A program made the translations under genes and the position numbers. Positions 11,250-26,698 of a stretch of DNA of 64,000 nt are shown here, one piece after another. Numbering within the stretch: position 1 is the first letter of the stretch; each line of letters starts with the position of its first letter. Source of the stretch: Vicinamibacteria bacterium (GTDB lineage: Bacteria > Acidobacteriota > Vicinamibacteria > Marinacidobacterales > Marinacidobacteraceae); contig OZ219816.1 of NCBI GenBank assembly GCA_964291235.2, positions 480,001-544,000 of the forward strand, read 5' to 3'. The notes under the pieces were generated by a model that did no database searches, was not told the origin of the DNA, and saw only the letters and a program-made list of their open reading frames with translations.

Positions 11250-11389
11250 ATGACGAACGGCGCCCCAAAGCCCCGGGATCGCCCGCTCCGGAAGCGCCGG
11301 AAACGCAACTCGGCGCGGAGGTTTGGCCCCGACGCGCCGGCGTTCTCGCGACTCCCCCCGACAGGATCCCCCGGCGGCGTTCACAGAGG

Positions 11390-15730
<4,341 letters not shown>

Positions 15731-15762
15731 TTCGTCCCTCTCGATTGCTGGCTACTGGCCGA

Positions 15763-18700
15763 TCAGTTCTTGGCTCGGATCAGCTCGATGTCGAGCCCAA
15801 GGCTCTGGATTTCCGCCATCAGCACCTTGAAAGATGCCGGCACTTCAGGCGAATAGCTCGTATCACCCTTCACAATGGACTCGTAGACCTTGGCCCGTCC
15901 CCGAACGTCGTCCGACTTCACGGTCAGGATTTCCTGGAGAGTGTGGGCGGCGCCGTAAGCCTCGATCGCCCACACCTCCATTTCACCAAACCGCTGGCCA
16001 CCGAACTGCGCTTTGCCGCCAAGAGGCTGCTGCGTAATCAGACTGTAGGGCCCGATGCTGCGAGCGTGCATCTTGTCGTCCACGAGGTGCCCGAGCTTGA
16101 GCATGTAGATGAAGCCACAAGTCACCGGTTGCTCAAACGGCCTCCCGGTCCGCCCGTCGTAGAGAACGGTCTTGCCATCCTCGAGAACGTTCGCTCGCAG
16201 ACCGTCCTGCTTTTTCGCCATGTCGTTCGCTTCATCGAGGAGTTTGCGAATGTCGCTCTCCCGAGCGCCGTCGAAGACCGGCGTGGCGAAGTGGCGATCG
16301 AGCATGCGGGCCGCCCAGCCAAGATGGGTCTCGAGAACCTGCCCGATGTTCATGCGCGATGGGACACCGAGCGGATTCAGGATGATGTCCACCGGTGTGC
16401 CGTCCGGAAGGAACGGCATGTCCTCCAAGGGCACGATCTTGGCGATGACGCCCTTGTTGCCGTGCCGGCCAGCCATCTTGTCGCCCACGCTCAGCTTTCG
16501 CTTCATCGCGACGTACACCTTGACCATCTTGATGACGCCCGGAGGGAGATCGTCTCCCTGGCTCACCACCGCCTGCTGTTCGTCGCGACGAACGGAGAGG
16601 AGGTCCAACTGTTCTTCCGTTTTCTCCTGGATCTCCTGAATCTCATCCCGGACATCGTCAGGGAGGTCGGTCTCGAGCAGGGGAACGAAGTCCAGCCGCT
16701 TCAGTAGCTCCTTCCGCGTGAGCCGGGTGCCCTTCGTGAGTTCGACTTCTCCGGTAGCCGGATTCATGCAGTCTTCCACGAGGTGGGCGCCAACCATCCG
16801 GTCCACGATGCGTTTGTCGCACTCCTCGCGGAGAATGCGCTCTTCATCGCGGTAGTCGCGGTCGATGGCCTCTATGTCATCCGACTGGATGGCCAGCGCC
16901 CGGTCGTCTCGGTCGGCGTCCTTCCGGTGGAACACTCGCACGTCAACGACGACACCTTCGACGCCGGACGGGCACTTGAGCGAGGAGTTCTTGACGTCTC
17001 CCGCCTTGTCTCCGAATATGGCGCGGAGCAGCTTTTCCTCGGGGGTGAGCTGAGCCTCGGCCTTGGGAGTAACGCGCCCGACGAGGATGTCGCCGGGACT
17101 CACTCTCGCGCCGATGCTCACGATGCCGGATTCGTCGAGATTTCTCAGGAAGCTCTCGGCGACGCCGGGCACTTCGCGGGTGATGGACTCGGGGCCCAGC
17201 TTGGTGTCCCGCGCCTGCACGGTGTGCTCTTCGATGTGGATCGAGGTGTAGCTGTCGTCCTGGACCAGCCGCTCCGAAACGATGATCGCGTCCTCGAAGT
17301 TGTAGCCACGCCACGGCATGAAGGAAACCAGGACGTTGCGGCCAAGCGCCAGCTCGCCTCCGTCGGTGCACGGACCGTCGGCGATGATCTGCCCCCTCGC
17401 CACCGGCTCGCCGACTCCCACCAGAGGCTTTTGGTTGATGGACGTGTTCTGGTTGGAGCGACGGAATTTCTTCAGCCGGTAGATGCTCGCGCCGATCTCG
17501 GTCTCGCCGGGGATGTCGCTTTCCTTGCGAACGATGATGCGGCGTCCGTCCACTCGGTCCACGACGCCGTTCTCCCGGCACACGATGACCGATCCGGAAT
17601 CCCGCGCCGTCACGAATTCCATTCCCGTACCGACCAGTGGCGCTTCCGCGGTAATCAGCGGCACTGCCTGACGCTGCATGTTGGATCCCATCAGGGCCCG
17701 GTTGGCGTCGTCGTTCTCCAGGAACGGGACGAGCGATGCCGCCACCGAAACGATCTGCTTGGGAGACACGTCGATGAAATCGACGTTTTCTCTCGGTGCG
17801 GGAACGAACTCGCCCTCGTGCCGGCAGTTGACCCGGGAGTCGAGAAGCTCTCCGTCGTCTCCTACCCGGGCGTTCGCCTGAGCGATCGTATGGCGCTCTT
17901 CCTCAAGCGCCGAAAGATAGAACGCGTGGGGAATCAGCTTGGCGGGTTTCCGGCGGCGACCAAGTTTCCGGTTTGCCGCTTCGGCATCCGTCTTGAGCAC
18001 CACCGCATCATGCTCGAGCTTGGTGTCTCCAGGGTCGTCAACGCGCACGTAGTCCACGACCCGGCCATCCGCGACCTTCCGGTAAGGACTCTGGATGAAG
18101 CCGTAGTTGTCGATCGTTGCGTAGCACGAAAGCGAACTGATGAGGCCGATGTTCGGGCCCTCCGGGGTCTCGATCGGGCAGATCCGTCCGTAGTGCGTCG
18201 CGTGCACGTCCCGCACATCGAATTTGGCGCGGTCGCGGGAGAGTCCCCCGGGGCCCAGGGCGGACAGACGGCGCTTGTGCGTGACCTCGGAAAGAGGATT
18301 CGTCTGCTCCATGAACTGCGAGAGCTGCGAAGCTCCAAAGAACTCGCGCACCGCGGCAGTTACCGGCTTCGCGTTGATCAGGTCCCGCGGCATGGCCGTC
18401 GTCATTTCCTGATACACGTTCATCTTCTCTCGAATGGCCCGCTCCATCCGGACCAGACCCAGGCGGAACTGGTTCTCGAGGAGTTCGCCGACGGAACGGA
18501 CCCGGCGGTTGCCGAGGTGATCGATGTCGTCGGCCCGGTAGCTGCTCTCGCCACGCGTGAGGCGAAGCAGATAATCGAGAACGAGAACGAAATCCTCTTC
18601 CGCGAGAATCGTTCGGTTCGGGTCCATCTCCCGCTCGAGCTTGGTCGCCAGCTTGCGGCGCCCGACCCGGGAAAAATCGTACTTCTGTTCGTTGAAGAAC

Positions 18701-19986
18701 AGGTTGTGCAGCAGGTTTCGGGAACTCTCGACCGTCGGCTGGTCACCGGGACGCTGCCGGCGATAGAGCTCCACGAGGGCACCGTCCACACTCTCGGCAT
18801 TCGGCGCGTCCGTGCCGCGCTGCCGGGTAAGCGGATCCTTGTCGAGCGTATCGGCCAGGACCGAGCCCACCGGGTCGGCGCCGGGGAGAAGGATCCGGAT
18901 CGGACCGATGTCTCCGAGTTCATCGACCAGTTCCGGCGTCAACCGGGTGTTGGCCGGCACTTCCTCGCCGGTGTCCGGGATCGTCACCGCGGTAGCGAGC
19001 CGAAAACCGCCGAGAGCCTCGAGGTGGAACTCAAGGGCTTCGCGGTTCTGCCGCGTCAGTCTCCTGATGTCGCCGCGGCTGATCCGCTTGCCACCTTCGA
19101 TGACGACTTCCCCGCCCGATTCGATGTCCCGCTCGATGCGTTCGTCCAGGAGCATTTCCTTCAGGACATCGGTAAGCGGAAGGCGGACGCGGGTGCCGTC
19201 CAGCGTCGCCTCGTGCACCCGGTAGAACCGGGCCAGGATGGACTCCGTTTTCCCGAACCCGAGGGCCCGCAAGAAGATCGTCGCGGGGAACCGCTTCTTC
19301 CGGTCGATGCGAACCTGCAGCAGGCCTCTGGCGTCGGTTTCGAATTCGAGCCAGGAACCGCGATACGGAACAACCTGGGCCAGGAAACACCCGCGCTCCG
19401 CCTCGTGGAAGAAAACTCCGGGGGAGCGATGCAACTGCGAGACGACGACGCGCTCGGTCCCGTTGATGATGAAGGTTCCGTTTTCGGTCATCAACGGGAT
19501 GTCGCCGAAGAAGACCTCTTCTTCCTTGATGTCGTGGATGGACCGCTGGTTGGTCTCCGGGTCCCGGTCCCAAACCGTGAGCCGGATCTTCACCTTCAGT
19601 GGTACGGCAAATGTCTTGCCGCGCTGCTGGCACTGCTCGACGTCGTGCTCCACCTTGAGGTGGACGCGATCTCCGCAGTAGTTGCAGACGGATCCGTTCC
19701 GAGTGTGCTCGATGCCCTCGAGTTCACCGCAACTGCAGGCCCACCGGCCCACCGAATACTCGAGGAAGTCGAGTTCGCAGTTGTCGCGGAAGTCCTTGAT
19801 CGGGAAGATCGAGCGGAATACCGCCTGGAGGCCGATCTCCTCGCGATCCTGCGGCTGCAGATCCTTCTGAAGGAAGCGATCGTACGACCGGTGCTGTACC
19901 TCAATGAGTTTGGGCAGAGGGATCGACGCACGGATGCGGGAGAAGTCGTGCCGCGTTTTCTTCGGAGTGATTTCAGCGGTCAGCAT
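15763..19986 (-). CDS. rpoB: RNA polymerase beta subunit
   Basis: [33 protein letters not shown]. Confidence 0.99.
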   Translation of the reverse strand: MLTAEITPKKTRHDFSRIRASIPLPKLIEVQHRSYDRFLQKDLQPQDREEIGLQAVFRSIFPIKDFRDNCELDFLEYSVGRWACSCGELEGIEHTRNGSVCNYCGDRVHLKVEHDVEQCQQRGKTFAVPLKVKIRLTVWDRDPETNQRSIHDIKEEEVFFGDIPLMTENGTFIINGTERVVVSQLHRSPGVFFHEAERGCFLAQVVPYRGSWLEFETDARGLLQVRIDRKKRFPATIFLRALGFGKTESILARFYRVHEATLDGTRVRLPLTDVLKEMLLDERIERDIESGGEVVIEGGKRISRGDIRRLTRQNREALEFHLEALGGFRLATAVTIPDTGEEVPANTRLTPELVDELGDIGPIRILLPGADPVGSVLADTLDKDPLTRQRGTDAPNAESVDGALVELYRRQRPGDQPTVESSRNLLHNLFFNEQKYDFSRVGRRKLATKLEREMDPNRTILAEEDFVLVLDYLLRLTRGESSYRADDIDHLGNRRVRSVGELLENQFRLGLVRMERAIREKMNVYQEMTTAMPRDLINAKPVTAAVREFFGASQLSQFMEQTNPLSEVTHKRRLSALGPGGLSRDRAKFDVRDVHATHYGRICPIETPEGPNIGLISSLSCYATIDNYGFIQSPYRKVADGRVVDYVRVDDPGDTKLEHDAVVLKTDAEAANRKLGRRRKPAKLIPHAFYLSALEEERHTIAQANARVGDDGELLDSRVNCRHEGEFVPAPRENVDFIDVSPKQIVSVAASLVPFLENDDANRALMGSNMQRQAVPLITAEAPLVGTGMEFVTARDSGSVIVCRENGVVDRVDGRRIIVRKESDIPGETEIGASIYRLKKFRRSNQNTSINQKPLVGVGEPVARGQIIADGPCTDGGELALGRNVLVSFMPWRGYNFEDAIIVSERLVQDDSYTSIHIEEHTVQARDTKLGPESITREVPGVAESFLRNLDESGIVSIGARVSPGDILVGRVTPKAEAQLTPEEKLLRAIFGDKAGDVKNSSLKCPSGVEGVVVDVRVFHRKDADRDDRALAIQSDDIEAIDRDYRDEERILREECDKRIVDRMVGAHLVEDCMNPATGEVELTKGTRLTRKELLKRLDFVPLLETDLPDDVRDEIQEIQEKTEEQLDLLSVRRDEQQAVVSQGDDLPPGVIKMVKVYVAMKRKLSVGDKMAGRHGNKGVIAKIVPLEDMPFLPDGTPVDIILNPLGVPSRMNIGQVLETHLGWAARMLDRHFATPVFDGARESDIRKLLDEANDMAKKQDGLRANVLEDGKTVLYDGRTGRPFEQPVTCGFIYMLKLGHLVDDKMHARSIGPYSLITQQPLGGKAQFGGQRFGEMEVWAIEAYGAAHTLQEILTVKSDDVRGRAKVYESIVKGDTSYSPEVPASFKVLMAEIQSLGLDIELIRAKN

Positions 19987-20175
19987 GAGGACGGCCTGTT
20001 CGCGTAACTACACGACACCCGACGGTGCCCGAGGCAGCCGAAAGACGCCTCGAGGGATCGGGAGATAGTCCGGGCAGCCGCTGCCCCGCTGGCCGATGGC
20101 AGTCCTCCGCCATCGGGGAAACGGGAAACGCGGCGAAACCGGGGGAAAAGAGTTGGCAATGGAGACGCACCCGAT

Positions 20176-20565
20176 CTACTTGATTTCGATCGTTGCGCCG
20201 ACCTCCTTGAAGCGGTCCTGGATCTGCTTGGCTTCCTCTATCGGAACGCCTTCCTTGACCGCCTTCGGAGCCTCTTCCACAAGCGTCTTCGCCTCTCGGA
20301 GACCGAGACTCGTCAACTCCCGAACGGCCTTGATGACCTGAACCCGATTGGGGCCGGTCTCCGTGAGGACCGCATCGAACTCCGTCTGCTCCTCGACTGG
20401 CGCTGCTTCGCCGCCGCCGGCCGCGACTGCCATTGGCATAGCGGCCGCGGCGGAAACTCCGAGCTCATCTTCAAGCGTCTTGACGAGTTCGGAGAGCTCC
20501 AACACGGTCAGCTCCTTGATGTGGTTGACAACATCCTGCTGGGTGATTGTCGACATGGTGGGCAT
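20176..20565 (-). CDS. rplL: 50S ribosomal protein L7/L12
   Basis: LGVSAAA hinge, EEQTEFD, LGLREAK; SD TAAGGAG. Confidence 0.98.
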   Translation of the reverse strand: MPTMSTITQQDVVNHIKELTVLELSELVKTLEDELGVSAAAAMPMAVAAGGGEAAPVEEQTEFDAVLTETGPNRVQVIKAVRELTSLGLREAKTLVEEAPKAVKEGVPIEEAKQIQDRFKEVGATIEIK

Positions 20566-20664
20566 CTACTCCTTACGCCTTGATCCAATTCGGCGAATAC
20601 ATTGGGGACGAGAAATCGGCATCGACGAAGCGTCGATCCAGATCAAATGAACTCCGGGGGGCCA

Positions 20665-21198
20665 CTAACCGGCTCCCCCGTCTTCGGCAGCCTTTTGTTC
20701 GGCCGCCTTGAGCACGAGCACAAGCTTGCGGGGAACGCCCTCGAGGACGTTCATGAGGTTCCGGATCGGCGCCGCAATGACCGCCACGAGCTGGCCCCGA
20801 AGAACCTCCTGACCCGGAAGCTTCGCCAGTGCTTCGAACTGCTGGGGATCAACCCTCTGCTCGGAAACGACGCCACCCTTGTACTCGAAGGCGGCGAACT
20901 CCTTCGTCCCTTCGTGGAGCGCCTTGGCCAGAGCCACCGGGTCTTCTTCACACCAGGCGAGTCCGGTCATTCCCGCCAACTGTTCGTCCAATCCGGCAAT
21001 GCCGGCCTCCTCGAAGGCCCACTTCGCCGTACTGTTCTTTACGACGCGGTACTTGCCGCCAGCTTCCCGGACCCGGCGGCGAAGATCCGTGATGTCGGCC
21101 ACGGAAAGGCCCCGGTAGTCAAAGGAGAACACTGCTGTCTGGGATTTGAGTAGTGCGGCGAGCGACGTGGCCGCTTCCCGCTTCTCCATGCGTTGCAT
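20665..21198 (-). CDS. rplJ: 50S ribosomal protein L10
   Basis: DYRGLSV, VVKN, ALAKLP; between rplA and rplL. Confidence 0.96.
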   Translation of the reverse strand: MQRMEKREAATSLAALLKSQTAVFSFDYRGLSVADITDLRRRVREAGGKYRVVKNSTAKWAFEEAGIAGLDEQLAGMTGLAWCEEDPVALAKALHEGTKEFAAFEYKGGVVSEQRVDPQQFEALAKLPGQEVLRGQLVAVIAAPIRNLMNVLEGVPRKLVLVLKAAEQKAAEDGGAG

Positions 21199-21237
21199 CG
21201 TTTCGACCCTTTCTCGAATCTCCGGCTGCCTTGCGAC

Positions 21238-21927
21238 CTACTTGGCGCCGACCAGCGACGGATTGAGGCGGAGGCCCGGGCCCATGGTCGAGCTGATCGC
21301 GACACTCCGGATGTAGCGCCCCTTGGCCGCCGCCGGCCTCGACCGCACTACGGAGGAGACGAAGGCCAGCGTGTTCTCCACCAACCGCTCCTCCGAAAAG
21401 GAGAGCTTCCCTACCGGGGCGTGAATGTTGGAGGTCTTATCCACCCGATAGTCAACTTTGCCGGCCTTGATTTCCTTGACCGCCCGCTCCACGTCGAAGG
21501 TGACGGTCCCTGATTTCGGGTTGGGCATCAGGCCGCGCGGCCCCAGAATCCGTCCGAGCTTGCCGACCGACCGCATCATGTCCGGCGTCGCCACCACTGC
21601 TTCGAAGTCGAGGAACCCTTTCTGGATGCGGGCCACCATGTCGTCTCCGCCCACCTCGTCGGCGCCCGCTTCCTCGGCTTCCTTCGCCTTTTCGCCGGCG
21701 GCGATGACCACCACGCGGCGTGAGATACCGAGCCCGTGAGGAAGAACCACGGAACCGCGAACCATCTGATCGGCGTGCCTCGGGTCCACTCCGAGCCGCA
21801 TGGCGATTTCGGCCGTTTCGTCAAAGGACGCAAAGCTCGCGCCCTTGAGGGAGGCAAAGGCCTCTTGGAGCGTCTCCGGATTTGCATCCGCGATAGCCGT
21901 CTTCGCCGCTTTGAACTTCTTTCCCAT
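21238..21927 (-). CDS. rplA: 50S ribosomal protein L1
   Basis: [31 protein letters not shown]. Confidence 0.98.
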   Translation of the reverse strand: MGKKFKAAKTAIADANPETLQEAFASLKGASFASFDETAEIAMRLGVDPRHADQMVRGSVVLPHGLGISRRVVVIAAGEKAKEAEEAGADEVGGDDMVARIQKGFLDFEAVVATPDMMRSVGKLGRILGPRGLMPNPKSGTVTFDVERAVKEIKAGKVDYRVDKTSNIHAPVGKLSFSEERLVENTLAFVSSVVRSRPAAAKGRYIRSVAISSTMGPGLRLNPSLVGAK

Positions 21928-22055
21928 AATCAGTGTCACGATCCTGGTTGCCGTTTGTGAACCTCTAGCAGCCTGTGGCGTGCGTCACCCGGAGTGACAC
22001 CGCCATGGGTGTCGTTCGGGTTGGCGGCCATGCGGAGTGCTTCTTCCACGGTCTG

Positions 22056-22475
22056 TCAGTCGACCTCGATCCCCATGCTGCGGGCCGTGCCTTCGACGAT
22101 GCGCCGCGCGCCCTCGATGTCCACCGCGTTGAGATCCTGCATCTTGATCTGGGCGATTTCCTCAACCTGACTGACGGACACTTTGCCCACCCGCATTCGG
22201 TTCGGCTCGCCGGACCCCTTCGCAATTCCCGCTGCCCGCTTGAGGAGGACGGCGGCAGGCGGAGTCTTGGTGATGAAGCTGAAGGAACGGTCCTGATACA
22301 CCGTGACGACACACGGAATGATCATTCCGGGGTCGCTCGCCGTCTTGGCGTTGAAGGACTTGCAAAAGTCCATGATGTTGATCCCGTGCTGCCCGAGCGC
22401 GGGACCGACCGGCGGGGCCGGCGTTGCCTTCCCCGCGGGCAACTGGATCTTCGCAACCGCAAGAACTTTCTTCAT
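22056..22475 (-). CDS. rplK: 50S ribosomal protein L11
   Basis: [19 protein letters not shown]. Confidence 0.98.
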   Translation of the reverse strand: MKKVLAVAKIQLPAGKATPAPPVGPALGQHGINIMDFCKSFNAKTASDPGMIIPCVVTVYQDRSFSFITKTPPAAVLLKRAAGIAKGSGEPNRMRVGKVSVSQVEEIAQIKMQDLNAVDIEGARRIVEGTARSMGIEVD

Positions 22476-22497
22476 CGCAAACCTCTCCGGCGGACGC

Positions 22498-23025
22498 TCA
22501 GATTTTTTCCACTTCGAGGAACTCCAGTTCCACGGGGGTAGAGCGTCCGAAGATCGTGACCATGACCTTCACCTTGTTGCGATCCGGCTGGACCTCATCC
22601 ACAACACCCTGAAAGCCATTGAAGGGGCCGTGAATGATGCGCACGGATTCGCCTGTCTGAAAGGTGTGCCTCAGTTTCGGCGCCTGCGTCGCATCGTCCA
22701 TCTGCTCCCGAATGCGGAGCACTTCGTCGTCCGGCATGGGCTGCGGCTTGTGTGGCGGCACGAATCCCATCACCTTGTCGGTGTTCTTGACGACCTGCCA
22801 GGTATCCGCGTTCATTTCCATGTTGACCAGCACGTATCCCGGATAGACCTGTTTCGTCGTCACCACGCGGCGCCCACCGCGCATTTCGACGACCTTTTCC
22901 GTGGGGATCAGGATTTCTCCGATCTGCTCGCCGAGCCCATACGCGTTCGCTCGGTGGCGCAGGGCCTCCTTCACGCTCTCCTCGAACTTGGAGTGCGTCG
23001 AGACGATGAACCACTCTCTGGCCAT
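22498..23025 (-). CDS. nusG: Transcription factor NusG
   Basis: [30 protein letters not shown]. Confidence 0.97.
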   Translation of the reverse strand: MAREWFIVSTHSKFEESVKEALRHRANAYGLGEQIGEILIPTEKVVEMRGGRRVVTTKQVYPGYVLVNMEMNADTWQVVKNTDKVMGFVPPHKPQPMPDDEVLRIREQMDDATQAPKLRHTFQTGESVRIIHGPFNGFQGVVDEVQPDRNKVKVMVTIFGRSTPVELEFLEVEKI

Positions 23026-23029
23026 GGAA

Positions 23030-23239
23030 CTATCCAATCAGGTTCGTGATGAAAGCGGAGATGTACGACATGACCACGTCGAGGCCATACAGGTAAAACC
23101 CGAAAAAGAAGACCGTGATCAGCACGATGATCGTCGTGCCTCGCACCTCATCCCTGGTCGGCCAGGTGACCTTGTCCAGTTCGCCGCGGACTTCCCCGAG
23201 GAAAGAGCGGGCCGTGCCAAATCGTTCGAGAACGCTCAA
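23030..23239 (-). CDS. secE: Preprotein translocase subunit SecE
   Basis: ELDKVTWPT motif plus one TM helix; TTG start inferred downstream of tRNA-Trp. Confidence 0.92.
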   Translation of the reverse strand: MSVLERFGTARSFLGEVRGELDKVTWPTRDEVRGTTIIVLITVFFFGFYLYGLDVVMSYISAFITNLIG

Positions 23240-23281
23240 AGCCGGGGTCTCCCGCTCGTGCCGCACCGGGGAACATGGGGA

Positions 23282-23357
23282 TGGCAGGCCAGGAGGGGAT
23301 CGAACCCCCAACCCCCGGTTTTGGAGACCGGTGCTCTGCCGATTGAGCTACTGGCCT
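23282..23357 (-). tRNA. trpT: tRNA-Trp(CCA)
   Basis: Cloverleaf, anticodon arm CCGGT-CTCCAAA-ACCGG, GGTTCGA, encoded CCA. Confidence 0.97.
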
Positions 23358-23510
23358 TCGCACCCCTCACGTCACCGGGCACCGCCCGAACCGCGTGTTC
23401 AGCCCAAAGAAGGCCCATCGCGCCGGTTCGAGTCCCACGCGACCGGGCGTTCGCCCCGGACTTTCGATCAGCGGAATTCACGGGGGAACCGGCGGGCGGC
23501 TTGAGCAAAG

Positions 23511-23675
23511 TCACCGCGTCTCCCTGTGCATCACATGAGTCCGGCAGAAACGGCAGTACTTGCTCAACTCCATCCGGCCCGGATGAGTCGCCCGGTTCTT
23601 CGTCGTCGAATACGTACGGCGCTTGCAGTCCGTACACGCCAACGTGACGATCTGCCGCTTCTTTTCGCGAGCCAT
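23511..23675 (-). CDS. rpmG: 50S ribosomal protein L33, zinc-binding form (not in ORF track)
   Basis: Hand translation [27 protein letters not shown]...[15 protein letters not shown], 54 aa. Confidence 0.96.
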   Translation of the reverse strand: MAREKKRQIVTLACTDCKRRTYSTTKNRATHPGRMELSKYCRFCRTHVMHRETR

Positions 23676-23779
23676 GCCGGTTTCCCCGTGGGTTGTGCTC
23701 CGTTGAAATGTTCTGAGGATGGTCTCCCCGCAACCGACTCACGTCGTTCGCGGAGAGACCGTTTCCCGTCTCTGCCGCT

Positions 23780-24967
23780 CTACTCCAGGACTTCGGTGGT
23801 CATCCCGGAGGCGACCGTCCTGCCACCTTCGCGGATCGCGAAGCGGAGGCCGCGGTCCATGGCGATCGGGGTGATCAGTTCCACTTCGAGCTGGATGTTG
23901 TCGCCCGGCATGGCCACCACCTGGTCTCCCAGGAGGGTGGCGGTGCCGGTCACATCCGTGGTCCGGAAGTAGAACTGCGGGCGATAGCCGCTCTTGAACG
24001 GCTTCTCGCGTCCTCCCTCTTCCTTGGACAGCACGTAAACCTCGGAACGGAACTTGGTATGAGGAGTGATCGAACCCGGCTTGGCAAGCACCATTCCGCG
24101 CTCTACATCCCGGCGGTCGGTTCCTCGCAGCAGGATCCCGACGTTGTCCCCGGCCTCGCCCTCGTCAAGAAGCTTCTTGAACATCTCGACGCCAGTCACC
24201 ACCCGCTTGCGGGTTTCGCGGATCCCGACGATCTCGACCTCCTCCTGGACGCAGACCTTGCCCTGCTCGATCCGGCCGGTCACGACGGTGCCGCGGCCGG
24301 AGATCGAGAACACGTCCTCGATCGGCATCAGGTAATCCTTCTCGATCGCACGCTCGGGCATGGGCACGTACTCGTCGAGAGCCTTCGTCAGCTCCCGGAT
24401 CGGCGCCCAATCGTTCGAGTCGTCCGACTCGAGCGCCTTGAGCGCGCTGCCCCGGATGATCGGGATGTCATCGCCAGGAAAGTCATAGTAGGAAAGCAGT
24501 TCCCGGACTTCGAGTTCCACGAGCTCGAGCAGTTCCTCGTCGTCCAGCATGTCCACCTTGTTGAGGAACACGACGATCCGGGGCACACCAACCTGACGAG
24601 CCAGCAGAATGTGCTCGCGAGTCTGAGCCTGGGGGCCGTCCGGAGCCGAAATCAGCAGTACCGCGCCGTCCATCTGGGCGGCGCCGGTGATCATGTTCTT
24701 GATGTAGTCGGCGTGGCCCGGGCAGTCCACGTGCGCGTAGTGACGCGCTTCGGTTTCGTACTCCACGTGCGCGGTGGCGATCGTGATGCCCCGCTCCCGC
24801 TCCTCCGGAGCGTTGTCGATCGAGTCGAAACTCCTGAAATCTCCGCCCTGTTCAGCCGCGAGGACCTTCGTAATTGCTGCGGTCAGGGTCGTCTTGCCGT
24901 GATCCACATGACCGATGGTCCCCACGTTCACGTGGGGTTTGGTGCGTTCGAACTTCTCCTTGGCCAT
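23780..24967 (-). CDS. tuf: Elongation factor Tu
   Basis: [25 protein letters not shown]. Confidence 0.99.
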   Translation of the reverse strand: MAKEKFERTKPHVNVGTIGHVDHGKTTLTAAITKVLAAEQGGDFRSFDSIDNAPEERERGITIATAHVEYETEARHYAHVDCPGHADYIKNMITGAAQMDGAVLLISAPDGPQAQTREHILLARQVGVPRIVVFLNKVDMLDDEELLELVELEVRELLSYYDFPGDDIPIIRGSALKALESDDSNDWAPIRELTKALDEYVPMPERAIEKDYLMPIEDVFSISGRGTVVTGRIEQGKVCVQEEVEIVGIRETRKRVVTGVEMFKKLLDEGEAGDNVGILLRGTDRRDVERGMVLAKPGSITPHTKFRSEVYVLSKEEGGREKPFKSGYRPQFYFRTTDVTGTATLLGDQVVAMPGDNIQLEVELITPIAMDRGLRFAIREGGRTVASGMTTEVLE

Positions 24968-25051
24968 CAGGGCTTCTCCTTGTTTGCTGCGAGATGGGCT
25001 GTGAAACCCGGGGGAATCAGATCGTTCCCACGGTGAGTGGGAGGGCGAGAG

Positions 25052-25126
<75 letters not shown>

Positions 25127-25222
25127 GGAGACGAGGGCGAGTGCCGACAGTGCAGCTCCGGACCGGTCGAGTACCGACGGATCGGCCCCGGTCCCGGAAC
25201 AACACGAAGCGGGCCGCCAGCA

Positions 25223-25298
25223 TGGAGCGGGAGACGGGATTCGGACCCGCGACCCTCAGCTTGGAAGGCTGATGCTCTGCCAACTGAGCTACTCCCGC
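25223..25298 (-). tRNA. glyT: tRNA-Gly(TCC) with atypical T-loop
   Basis: Anticodon arm TCAGC-CTTCCAA-GCTGA, encoded CCA; T-loop reads TCCGAAT. Confidence 0.95.
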
Positions 25299-25456
25299 GT
25301 TATGGAATGAGGAAACAGACCGGCGACGCCGCGGCGTCTCGTCCACACACACGTACCCGGCGTGCCCACGGCGGGAGCGCGGCGGATCGACCCGGAGCGA
25401 GCCGTTGGTGGTGGTCAAAGTGGTCAAAAGGGTCGGTCGAGGAACTCCGGAAGAGG

Positions 25457-25543
25457 TGGTGGAGCGGGGAGGATTCGAACCTCCGAAGGCGTAAAGCCGG
25501 CAGGTTTACAGCCTGCTGCGTTTGGCCGCTTCGCTACCACTCC
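25457..25543 (-). tRNA. tyrU: tRNA-Tyr(GTA)
   Basis: GCAGG-CTGTAAA-CCTGC, long variable arm, encoded CCA. Confidence 0.97.
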
Positions 25544-25680
25544 CCCCGAGAAAAACTCCGCCGCTCACGAGACTGGAGAGCAACCTCTTTGATGGCCAGC
25601 CGGCCGATCCGGACCAAGCGTCCAGATCAATCCCTCCGGACCCAGCGCGGTCCGGTCCGATGCGATCTGGCCCGATCCGG

Positions 25681-25753
25681 AGCTGGCGAAGGGACTTGAA
25701 CCCTTGACCGGCTGATTACAAATCAGCTGCTCTGCCTCCTGAGCTACGCCAGC
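25681..25753 (-). tRNA. thrU: tRNA-Thr(TGT), CCA not fully encoded (CCG)
   Basis: GCTGA-TTTGTAA-TCAGC, GGTTCAAGTCC; first gene of the classic Thr-Tyr-Gly-Thr-tuf cluster. Confidence 0.95.
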
Positions 25754-25772
25754 GTGCACCGGCGAACGGCTC

Positions 25773-25802
25773 ATTATAGGACCGCGCTCATCTGGGTGTC
25801 AA
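25773..25802 (-). promoter_or_regulatory. Consensus sigma70 promoter of the tRNA-tuf operon
   Basis: TTGACA (25802-25797, contains the rlmB stop), 18-bp spacer, TATAAT (25778-25773), 19 bp before tRNA-Thr. Confidence 0.85.
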
Positions 25803-26698
25803 CTGGCATTCGGAACATCCGGACCCTGCCCGGAGACCGGCTTCGCCCGGGCCTTCCCGAGCCCCCGCTGGCGCACCGTTTCATAGAGCACGATTCCCGT
25901 CGCCACCGAGACGTTGAGAGACCGCACGGACCCCAGTTGCGGCAGCGAAACCAGGACCTCGCACTCTTTCGAGACCCCGGCCGCAAGACCCCGTCCCTCG
26001 GAACCCACCGTGAGGACGGTCGGCTGGGTCCAGTCGAACTCGTCCCAGCGAAGGGTTGCCCGGGGAGTGAGTCCGACGGCCCAGTACCCGTGCGCCTTCA
26101 GGGCCCGCAGGGCCGCCGCAGCGCCTGGAATCCGAACCAGGCGGGCGCGGGCGATCGCCCCGGCTGACGCTGCCACGGCGACGGGAGAGGGCGGAGCCGC
26201 GCCGCGGCGGGGCACGAGGATGGCATCGACTCCCGCGCCATCGGCCGCGCGAACCAGGGCGCCGAAATTCCGGGGATCCTCGATGCGGTCAAGGAGCAGC
26301 AGCCGGCTCGGTTTCGGGTCCATGGACAGCACATCTCCAAGAGCCAGCCAGCGCACCGGCGACACTTCACACGCCGCTCCCTGATGACGCGCGCCCGCCG
26401 AGATCCGATCGAGGTATTGGTTGGGCACCCGCTGCAACGGAGCGCCGCGAGCCCGGGCGATCTTCAGCAGCGCCAGATGGCGCTGCTCGAGCCGTCCGGT
26501 TCGCACCAGAACCCGGCGGACCTGGTTGGGGATGCCCTGCAGCGTCTCCTCCACCCGCGCCGGGCCGAACACCCAGGTGGCGCCCCGGTCCTCGGCGCTC
26601 CCCTCCCCGGATTTCGGATCCCCAGACCTCCCGTTCCGAGGTCTCTCATCCCGAGGCTGGGCGGCCCTCTCCGGACGACGTTTTTCGTGTCGCGTCAT
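25799..26698 (-). CDS. rlmB: 23S rRNA Gm2251 methyltransferase (TrmH/SPOUT family)
   Basis: HQG, DPRNFGALVR, GSEGRGL, SLNVSVA. Confidence 0.92.
   Translation of the reverse strand: MTRHEKRRPERAAQPRDERPRNGRSGDPKSGEGSAEDRGATWVFGPARVEETLQGIPNQVRRVLVRTGRLEQRHLALLKIARARGAPLQRVPNQYLDRISAGARHQGAACEVSPVRWLALGDVLSMDPKPSRLLLLDRIEDPRNFGALVRAADGAGVDAILVPRRGAAPPSPVAVAASAGAIARARLVRIPGAAAALRALKAHGYWAVGLTPRATLRWDEFDWTQPTVLTVGSEGRGLAAGVSKECEVLVSLPQLGSVRSLNVSVATGIVLYETVRQRGLGKARAKPVSGQGPDVPNAS

Noticed and set aside
25678-25753. tRNA-Thr(TGT) lacking encoded CCA as a sign of integration or pseudogenisation
   Set aside because: The cloverleaf is intact, CCA can be added enzymatically, and no duplicated 3' end was noticed in the window
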